NCBI GenBank assembly: GCA_903813345.2
Contig: CAIIXF020000001.1
Span: forward strand, 1,054,001 to 1,118,000
DNA length: 64,000 nt
Direction of reading: 5' to 3'
From: Owenia fusiformis
Lineage: Eukaryota
Shown here: positions 48,001-57,700 of the stretch, piece after piece
Numbering within the stretch: the stretch's first letter is position 1
Layout: each line of letters begins with the position of its first letter
Translations under genes and position numbers: made by a program
The notes under the pieces: model-generated
Told to the model about the DNA's origin: nothing
Database searches by the model: none
Seen by the model: the letters and a program-made list of their open reading frames with translations, nothing else

Positions 48001-51000
48001 TCGTGCTCTTTAGAGCATAGGATTTTCGCCAATTAAATATTTATCTAGCTAATAAAGCTTGTTTGGTGAATTAATCTTGCCACTACTACACTAATGTTCT
48101 GAGTATTCCTAGTGTATATGTTCCTCACCTACATCGTCTGCAAAAGTACAAGAACACCAAGATGTTTCATTTCATTCTGGATCACCACAATCGTATTGGC
48201 CGAAGAGTATTTCGAGATAGGTTTAACCCACTCGATTCACTAAATGACATCGAGATGCTCCAGAGATACAGAATGCCGAGAGGTTATAAACCTTTTTGAG
48301 GAAGAACTGACACCAAAGAATAGGAACAATCATTTCATCCCGGGGTTTCTAAAAATGTCATGAGGGATATTATTCTCTCCTCTATTTGCGAGACTTCAGG
48401 CAGTATGCGACGTCCCCCACCCGTTTTCTTCAGTTCAGTCACCCTTCTGTTAACTGCCACTTTTGTCCGACTTTGCAAGTCGCTCCATTTCTTCCTGAAC
48501 TGGAACACGGATTTGTTAAAACAATGGTTGAACTCCTGTGGTATCTTTGTACAGTATTTGAGGTGCTCGTTTTTCTGAATGATCTCTACCATGTTCCCAG
48601 ATATAGATTTAATATTAAAGACATTTTATTTGATCGAGTTTGAATATGAATAGAAACGTTGTTAATTCTACATAATAGAATAAATGCATATCACTGCAAA
48701 TTACTAAGTTGTTAAATTTAATAGTTTAAAAATGAAAAAGCACGATTTTCTTTTTTACATAGACATGTACTCTGTATCTGTTGTTCAAGCATCACCCATC
48801 GCATTGAAGTTGACTCGTCGGAATGAGTTAGATTTTCAATTTGAAATGGGAGTTCGTCTCAAAATTGTAGATTTTCACATTTTCATCCCGACCCTGATTC
48901 AAACATGATTTGCTTTGATCACAATGCAAAAGACGTGTTTCATATTTTGTTTCAAAGGAAAATAAATGCAATACACTGGAGACATATTTAAACATATATC
49001 GATATGGAACCCACAACTTGCAATTTTCTTGCATGTGTATAAAATGTAAAATATACACCACCAAATAGAAAACTCATTAGCTGTTATCGTTTCATTGTCT
49101 GTTGAAAAATTATGTTGACGGATTTTAGATAGAAGCATTGTAGAACACAAACAACAACGACCAAAAGTTCATTTTATTTCAGTTAGTTTCAGTAACATGA
49201 TTTCCCGTTTTACAGCTATTTATTTTCAGTGATGTGTGACTTACATAACGTTTTTTCTAGTCCTCATTTCCACACCAAGTGAACTTATTTTTTCAGCTAC
49301 CCTTGCCCAGCAACTATCCTGTGACTGTATTGTTATTTGACAGCTAAGTGGTGCCAAAAGAATATTTGCATCCTTCTCAATGAGAGATACTAAGGGAACC
49401 TGGGGCAAAGCGGCCCAAAAAATTTAATTTTGAGTTGTTCCACACGAGGTATTTTCTTATCTGCCAATCATCACGCACTTTGATGTTCTACTTTATTAAT
49501 GGGTTGTGGTTTACATTTTTCGAATGTTTTATACTTGCCTAGGACTATCTTCTGTGATTTTTCAATGGTCAAAAATAATGTCGGGAGAGGGGCAAAACGG
49601 CCCATGGGCGGGGCAAAACGGCCCACCCTCTGTAACATGGGTTTCAAAAGCAAAATTAATCAATTACAAGACTCGTCCACACACATCTTATCTCAGACGT
49701 TCAAACCTTTGACAGATAAAGTATTCTTAACGGCTACAATAATTCTAGTCATTCGATATGTGTCGGAGGGAAATAAGGTACAAACCAAATGTTAAAATCG
49801 TTATATTTGAAAACCAATTGTTCTTGTACAAAAGGATTTTTGTATGTTATAACATGTGTGGGCCGTTTTGCCCCAAAGACATGTGAATTTTCAAAAATAC
49901 GTCATTTTAATTTGCCTAATATTTGAAGCTCGAAATTTTTACAAATAAAGAATAAATATGAATACTCTATGTAAAATGTTAAATCAAAGCGATATTCTAT
50001 TGTTGCCGGATTTTTTTAGAGATTCTCGTGGGAGGGGTAATTTGCAAAAAAGAGAGTGAAAATTAGAATTATCTCTTACGTAAAGCGAGACGCTGCTTGG
50101 TTAAAAATGGGCGGTCGAGAAGGTGGCGGAAATTTCAAAATTCGATTATGTGACTTTTGAAGAACCATCTTTTTGTAGTTCAAAAGATATTTCGATGGGC
50201 CACTTTGTCGACATGTTTCTTCGACTACCGTCTGTTCAATGTAAATCGATTTGCATTTTGGCGCACTTATGTCTTGCACAAGTGTAATGCATGCGCAACC
50301 AATCAAATCATATCAATTATTGGAGATATCAATTTCAATCAATCAATGTCAAAAACTAGCCCCAGTGTCCTTTTAAATTTCGCGCCAAAATACACTCTAG
50401 ACTTGCGATCGCAACTTACGTTTTAATTGTTTTGCGATTGCTTTGCGTCTGCGATTGCGCTCAATTGACCTTTTGCGATCAGAATTCAGGAATTTTGTTT
50501 ATGGATACTGTTGTCACGTATTTCGTCTTATTGATATGACGTCATATAGAAATGATATTAGACATGATGGAATCACGAAATGGCGGACACGTGGCAGTTT
50601 TGAGCTAAAAATATTGTCGTTTCTTATATGAAAACCATGGGTCGGATATTTACCAGGTATGCCGATTTGACTAGATCATGAGTATATCTATATATGTGCG
50701 AAGTTTGGGTGAAATTCATACTAAACATCGATGCCTATAAGCGCCCCCCGTTTTTGTCAAAATCGGGGGGCGCTTAACCGCTATCTAAATCATGTCAGTA
50801 AGTCCTTAGACTTGGTATGTGCTTAGCATGAATGTTGATCTAGTCAAATCGAACGATTTCGTGAAAAATAAATCAATGAAAGCACGAAATAAAGAAGATA
50901 ATCTCTCAAAATCAAGCATCTAAAGCTGGGTGACCTAATTGTGACGTCACTAAAAGACAGAATCCATTCAGTGATCGCAAATCATCAATTGATAATACCA

Positions 51001-53167
51001 CGCATCGCATGCGTTACGAATTGATGATTTGCGATCACCGAATGGATTCTGTCTTTTAGTGACGTCACAATTAGGTCACCCAGCTTTAGATGCTTGATTT
51101 TGAGAGATTATCTTCTATATTTCGCGGATCGTGCTTTATTGATTTATTTTTCACGAAAGCGTTCTATTTGACTAGATCAACATTCATGCTAAGCACATAC
51201 CAAGTCTAAGGTCTTACTGACATGATTTAGATAGCGGTTTAGCGCCCCCCGATTTTGACAAAAACGGGGGGCGCTTATAGGCATCGATGTTTAGTATGAA
51301 TTTCACCCAAACTTCGCATATATATAGCCATACTCATGATCTAGTCAAATCGGCATACCTGGTAAATATCCGACCCATGGTTTTATATAAGAAACGACAA
51401 TATTTTTTAGCTCAAAACTGCCACGTGTCCGCCATTTCGTGATTCCATCATGTCTAATATCATTTCTATATGACGTCATACCAATAAGACGAAATACGTG
51501 ACAACAGTATCCATAAACAAAATTCCTGAATTCTGATCGCAAAAGGTCAATTGCAATCGCAATCGCATCTATTTGCGACCAGATGATAATGAGGCCTCTG
51601 CATTGTAAAAAGCCATGTCACTGTAAAGAGTAGTTGTATGAAAAAATTTTGTTACAAAAATTGCCCAAAAAATAAATCCGTTTTTCTAAATTTTCAGCCA
51701 TTTTAGTTAACATTGATTTGTCCATGTCTCTCAGTCACTCCAACACCGATGGCATGTTTTAAGACCTCGGTCGATCGGATCCCCGTTTTATCTATTGTCT
51801 GCCATTTTAACCATCATTCACTTTTCTCTTTTTGAGCAACATCATGTGAGCCCAGTGCCCACGGTACTATTTATTTACATTTGGAGTCATTGAAGGTCAA
51901 GTCTCAAATTTAAAATCAGTTTTAAACTTCGGGGAATCAGTATAAACAGTACTAATTAAGGTAATGGAAATTGCAAGAATTTGTTAAAGACGCTGAACTG
52001 CGGACAACACACACCAACGCTTGAGTGTCGGTGTGAAAAGAGCCATATATTAAATATTCTGTACCTTGCTGGACACCTTATACAGTATACTTGTCATCGT
52101 GTGGTGTTGAGATTCCTGTTGATACGAGTCACGTTTGGCCGATTTGAAGTTGATATGAACAATTTGCATGAGGATATACATATCGAGTTTGCACCTGAAA
52201 CCTGTAGTCGAAAAATAAGCTAAACTATGTCCTGTTCCTAAGAAAGGGTCAAGCAGCTAGGGACAGCTAAACAAAAAGTCAACTGTCCAAACCAAAACTT
52301 ACAGTTAATGTTTGTCTGAGGGTCAGGTTGCTGTAGAAAATGTCCTGTTGGAGAACGTAACACATTTTCTTCCTCATGCGTTTGCTGATTGGTTGTCCAC
52401 TGAGACTTATCTCCCCACTGTCTGCTACAATACGTCCAGCAACGACATTAAGCAGCGTCGTTTTGCCGGAACCTAAAACACAATTTGTGACAGCTTTTGA
52501 ATTTATCGCAGCGTATCACACTGGTATATCACACTTGGGGTTATTCCCGATAAATTTGTCTTCAGACCAAGATGGCATTTGTTTGATCTCTGACAAACAA
52601 TGAAATGAGATTACCACTAGGTCCCATGACGGCCAACATGTCACCCTGCTTTGCAATACCAGAGACATCCTTCAAGATGCTTCTCTCTCCAATGTCATAA
52701 TTGATGCCCTTAAACACCAAATCTATTCCTCGTCTCTTTCCTTCTCCCCGAGCTCTGAAATATCAAAATAGGTCTTATTTTATTTCTATATTTATTTATG
52801 ATCAGTATTACATAATACGATAAACACGCTACTTACTATAAATGTTTGGAAACCCCCGGGTTGGAACCATTCAAAAATCGACCATTATATGACCATTATA
52901 ACATCTCATCTAGCTTTAAGCTTGAGACCCGAGTAATTTGAACCAATTGTTTAATCCGTAGCTGGTTTTCAAGTTTTTGTATTCAGAACTTAAGCTTCCA
53001 GCAAAACACTTATTCCTTGGAAACCTATTTTCCGTTTTTATAATATACCAAAATATACCAAGTGCAGGCTCAAGGTCAATATCGTATACTGTACAATTAA
53101 TTTACACAGGCTATCCTTCATAATAATCTATTACTTACGCTTGCCAGTTCTGAAAGACAGATTCCAT
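39072..53167 (-). CDS. ABC transporter G-family half-transporter (NBD-TMD, white/ABCG-like), ~650 aa; first exon uncertain
   Basis: Phase-consistent exons 5'->3': 53139-53167 (tentative), 52615-52754, 52303-52472, 46765-46870, 46334-46434, 45617-45778, 44398-44491, 44218-44281, 43918-44096, 43367-43605, 42464-42521, 42057-42271, 39700-39790, 39422-39539, 39072-39270 (TGA). Motifs: Walker A GPSGSGKTT, Q-loop YVLQQD, signature LSGGEQKR, Walker B LLDEPTSGLD, H-loop [25 protein letters not shown] and GGFY. Confidence 0.93.
39890..41434 (-). mobile_element. Degenerate 5'-truncated RTE-X-like LINE in an ABCG intron
   Basis: Motifs QGDSLSP, YVDD (degenerate YADD), [19 protein letters not shown]...CKYC...EDEYH...C. 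In-frame TAG stops at 40733-40735 and 40601-40603. (TTA)n tail at ~39890-39905. Confidence 0.88.
41480..41886 (+). mobile_element. Tc1/mariner transposase 3' remnant with right TIR
   Basis: [20 protein letters not shown] (compare DFYIWGYLKDNVYGNN in the 62858 element) and a QFEH-like C-terminus at ~41712. The TIR-like end gggttacatttttggctcatcccgTA resembles the 62858 TIR. Confidence 0.55.
44541..45166 (+). mobile_element. Crypton-like (tyrosine recombinase/DUF3504-type) internally deleted element
   Basis: IR-A ttattatatcattgctaga (44541-44559) pairs with tctagcaatgatataataa (44987-45005), followed by a ~150-bp hairpin at 45008-45160. Decayed ORF from ATG 44730: [31 protein letters not shown] and later [11 protein letters not shown], resembling Crypton/DUF3504 N-termini. 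Confidence 0.7.
46419..46618. repeat. ~53-bp tandem repeat containing the ABCG 3' splice acceptor
   Basis: Unit tatatcccctattactggaatgaagaagagcatttttagactcattcccgaaa in about 4 copies, one internally deleted. It overlaps the start of exon 46334-46434. Confidence 0.9.
49391..50374. mobile_element. Possible MITE nested in the Harbinger
   Basis: Imperfect TIRs taagggaacctggggc / gccccagtgtccttt, with repeated ggggcaaaacggccc motifs in both orientations (49402, 49589, 49610, 49860). Confidence 0.4.
50481..51534. mobile_element. ~1.05-kb foldback element (arms ~510 bp, ~28-nt spacer)
   Basis: 50481-50990 is the near-identical reverse complement of 51019-51534. GATC flanks both sides (50477-50480, 51535-51538). 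Confidence 0.88.
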
Positions 53168-54674
53168 CCTGATAAAACCAGATTTTGCTTTCCAAAATAA
53201 TTTATATGGGATTCTATTTATTTGGAACAAATTAAACTCAACCAATCCGCTTAAAATCCATGCTCACAACATACCAAGCCAATTTGGCCAATATACAAAA
53301 GTTATAGGGTTGATCAGTATACATTACGGTTGAATTGATTGAAGTCAACATATATTGGACATAGTCATGTATATAAACGTGATTGTACTATAGTGCATTA
53401 TATAACGCTTAAGTTAAACGTATAGCTTAACTTTCAATGTGAACCCTTTACTTCTATGTCCATATTTGCGTCATATATGGTAGTGGTGGTTTCAACAGTT
53501 GATTCCATACACATTCTGAAAATTAACATGATATGGGGTTTTTATCGTTAACGTTTTTAATGGATGGAAGGAAACTGGTAAGAATTTTTTTCAATGGGTT
53601 ATCCAGTATTTTTGACATATTGTAATGGGTTTAGGTATTAAAATTTCTCGTTTTAGAACATGCTATTAATGCTAAAAGAGCTATATTTTCCCATAACATG
53701 ATATAATGGATGATATGAGAGAAACATACTCCGACCCATATTAGCAAAATGGGTACCACCAAAAATGCTTTATTTGGCTAAAAATTGCTTAGAGGTTACC
53801 CATATTAGACGGAACAAAAGTCTAGACTTACGTCATTTCATAGAAGAGTATCGTAATTAATCATGGAGGGATCACGGGACATGGCTTATGATTTTTGTTA
53901 ATCTATTTGGAGATAATACTGTCTCTTAATCCCTTACTCTTAGAGATCAAAATTATTTCTAGCATAAAGAAATAAAAGAGAATATTATTTTGTTTGATAA
54001 CTCAGACCTGAGTTGAAATTGTCTAAAATAACATGTATTTATGATGAGTTAAAAACAAACAGTTCATTTCACCAAACAGGAGAGCCATCTTTTATGTAAA
54101 TTCAAATGCTGTTACCCACAGGGCCAATAATGCTTTGGGTTGGGCCCTGTTTATGCTGTATATTAATATTATTTAAATAAAAATAAAGGAACCATAAAAA
54201 CTAAACTAAAACTCATTCGAGTTGACAACGTACATTTATGATTTTTTAAATTATAGCTAAAACGTCAATACTTATTAAATCTTCAACGAATACACACAAA
54301 ATCAAACATGAAATGCTTAAATATATAAGCACTAGTGCCAAAGGGAATGGACCAAAAGTTGTTAGGATCTTAGCAAGAAAAAGTAATGTATTCCGCAGAT
54401 TATTTTATTAAAACCTACATCAAACCTACATCATTGTCTTTGCTTCAAATTGATCAAATAGTGACACCGTACATCTAAACTGTACAACGGCATGTTTTGT
54501 CACTGTACGTTGTCTATGATAAGGCGTGAGTTTATTGCAACGTAAACACAGAGAACTGAAGTAGGTAGCATATGTAAAGGTAATCATTATTTACTACGTA
54601 CTAACTGCAGTTCATTATCTACCAATACAAAGGCGTGTTGTATCGTAGCCGAGTATACCTATAAAAATAAAAAC

Positions 54675-54682
54675 ACTTCCGG
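54675..54682 (+). promoter_or_regulatory. ETS/GABP-like motif in the divergent ABCG/fucosidase intergenic region
   Basis: ACTTCCGG 27 nt upstream of the fucosidase ATG; the two genes are head-to-head. Confidence 0.3.
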
Positions 54683-54708
54683 TGATAATAAAACAGAAAA
54701 GTGGCGAT

Positions 54709-57700
54709 ATGTTAAAATATAGACGCTACTTACTCGGCTTTACTGCATTGCAAGTATGCTTTGTGTGTCTCCAAGTATTCTGGTTTTACCCCTGTGTGGT
54801 GAGTGCTCCAGAAGAAAAGCTAGGATATCGACAAAACATGCCAAGTGAAGGAAATACAAATGACATCAAACAGAAAGTTAAAGGTACAGTTGTAAGCGGA
54901 GTTTCCCTCCTAAAATACTATGCCATGTGTATCTCCCTAGTTCGCTCATACATATAACTATGATGCCATGTAAGCAATGCGCATCTCCATCGTACATGTA
55001 TGCTCATACATACTTGCATGTCATACAACTATTATACCATGTGCATCTCCCCAACACAAAGCCATGATAGGCATACACATAACTAGTTTGCAATGGGAAT
55101 CCCCATAACATATATTAATATTTTTACACCTAACAACGCCTCTTGAATCCCCCACCCCCTAGTCACATTGATAGTTTCGACCTTGCCATACACAAATTTT
55201 TTCCACGCTATACTCCCTCTAAAAACACACTTAAACGTATTAAGGTAGAGGATAGGAAAAATACATGTATTGGCTACATGCATATTAATAGTATTAATAT
55301 GATACAGATATAAACAATTTAAACATCATTATCAAAGCCGAATTAATTCAAAACGTCAATCAATATGGTTACAAAATATATATGTCAAAAAATATATATT
55401 TCTGTAGAAGTAATGCTTGTATCACTTTAATAATATATTCTCGTATTAAAGACCCATTCATTTCTTCTGCAGCGCTTCATTTTAAATTGTGCTGTAAATG
55501 CATTTGCATGTAATTATTTGAAGGTAATAATGATGTTAAACAAACTAAACAGACTGGTAAGAATCGCTATAAACCTACCTGGGAATCTTTGGAGACTCGA
55601 CCACTACCAAGCTGGTATGACAAAGGGAAGATTGGCATTTTTATACATTGGGGCGTATTCTCTGTACCTGCATTCGTTGGGGCTGGAAGTGGAGGTAAGT
55701 AGTTAAATATGAATAAGGCCTTTCAAATATTTAATAAAAATAATATTGAAGTATTTCTTACTTTGATTGTTGATGTATGCCTTGTTTTGTCAGACCATAT
55801 GTTTCTAGGCTACGCAGAATGGTTCTGGATGTACTGGAAAGGAGGCGATGAAATGAAAGACCACGTCAGACATCGGTTACCCTCAAGGAGCGTCCAGGAG
55901 TATATGAAGCGGCGATACCCACCAGATTGGGAATACACAGATTTCGCACCTCAGTTTACTGCAGAGTTTTTCGATCCTGAACACTGGGCAAGGGTTTTCA
56001 AAGCCTCAGGAGCCAAGTGAGACATAGACTAGGCTAAATAAAGTTGTACATTATATATTAATAATATCGTTGGTGTATTTTTGTGTATAGGGGTGGGCAT
56101 GAGCTATAAAACGATGCTACATAAAATTTAGATAATTCAACTTTATTCATGCTTCGGCATAATCATACTACCATGGTTACACAAGAATGATGAACCAATA
56201 TCCATTTAAAGACTTACTTCTAAAGTCGATAAGTATAGAGTAGGTTCCGATTTTCGAAATCTTAGAATCGTCCTTATTTTGGTCAATTTACAGGGTGGTC
56301 CAAAAAAAATTGGAACATTTGATAATTGAACTCAAAATCGTTATTTTTTTCTAAAATGCACCAAAATTTTACTGAGTATTGTTCAATCACTTACATATCT
56401 GATGTAAAGTTTATAGGTGCAAACAGCAAAGTTAATGCATTAAACTAGAGAATGTTTGATATGACCCCTTTTCTCCTGAATTACAATTGGGACTCAGTTT
56501 TGAAATGATTCATTCACTTTGCTGTTCGTTTGATTTTGTCCAAGCCATCTTGATTAAAAATTCAACTTGAACAAACTTCTTATATGTTTGCCTTTAAAGA
56601 TCAAATACATGATCATATTCAACATCTTTTACCCAAATTGATGGGTATCAAGCATATTTTGATGGCTATTGTTGGATATATTACTAACTGAATATTCTCC
56701 AGAAAGAGGCCAGGGCAGTCTGTTTTGACTGGTAAATGAACCCCCTCCCCTTTCTTGTTCTAATATGAATAATATTCATTGAATATATCAATATATGTAT
56801 ATCAATATCATAAATGAGTTTCCCAGAACAAAAATGGTATATTATATTATGTGTGCTTAGAGGTGGTCTGTAATAAAGCCTTGTAAATAACTCGTCAGTT
56901 TCCCCTCTACTGAAAAGTGGAAACAATGATTTTGTCAGTTTAGTAGCTGTATGGGTTATGCAATAACTCACCTCTGACATGTTCTTTCTTTCCTACTCTT
57001 AAATAAAAATAATAATTTGGGGTCTTCTTAAGTTGACAATAACAGAATAGTTTCCCAGCAAACCATAGATGTTAATACCTCATGTCAACTAAATAAGATT
57101 TTATAAAATGTGTATAGCAATCAACATGTTCATGAAAGCTTTGAAATAAAGAATACTTGAAAAAGTAGCTGCAAAATTGACAAGTGTATATTTGGGAAAA
57201 GGGGGTCATATCAAACATTGACTAGTTTAATGCATTAGCTTTGTGGTTTGCACCTATAAATTTTACATCAGAGAGATAAGTGACTGAACTATGCCCAGTA
57301 AAATTTGGGTGCATTTTAGAGGAAGAATAAAAGTTTTGTGTTCAATTAACAAATGTTCCAATTTTTTTGGGACCACCCTGTACATTTCCAAAACAATACA
57401 GTTATCATACATTCAAGCATACAAACCCGTACTTTCAAAACTTATTGGGCTTACTCTTAATTAGAAAATTCAAAGTATGCAAACAGAGTTTTTGTTCAAG
57501 TGTTCTAGATTTGATTTAGCTCCTTATTCATTGGCCCTTCTCTTTGTAGATATGTTGTTCTGACCAGCAAACATCACGACGGATTCTGCATGTGGCCGTC
57601 TAAGAAATCCTGGAACTGGAACGCAATGGACAACGGACCACACAGGGATCTAGTAGGTAAGAACAACGGGTAGACAGAACCCCTGACGTCATGCACATAT

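Larger units (their letters stand above)
47562..51597. mobile_element. PIF/Harbinger DNA transposon, internally deleted
   Basis: 25-bp perfect TIR AGGCCTCATTATCATCTGGTCGCAA and a 3-bp TSD CTG (47559-47561, 51598-51600); the empty site is visible in the sister repeat at ~47207. Transposase N-terminus [26 protein letters not shown] (+, ~48201-48283) and a Myb/SANT-like fragment [12 protein letters not shown]...KKTGGG (-, ~48335-48500). Confidence 0.88.
46979..51872. mobile_element. Helentron-type HINE with ~320-bp tandem units, split by a Harbinger insertion
   Basis: Starts ttttagatcacatggtgagctg...gtccgtctgtctgtc and ends catgtgag-cccagtgcccacggtact. Repeated units lie at ~47040, ~47365 and ~51745; the second unit is interrupted at 47561 and resumes at 51598. 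Confidence 0.65.
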
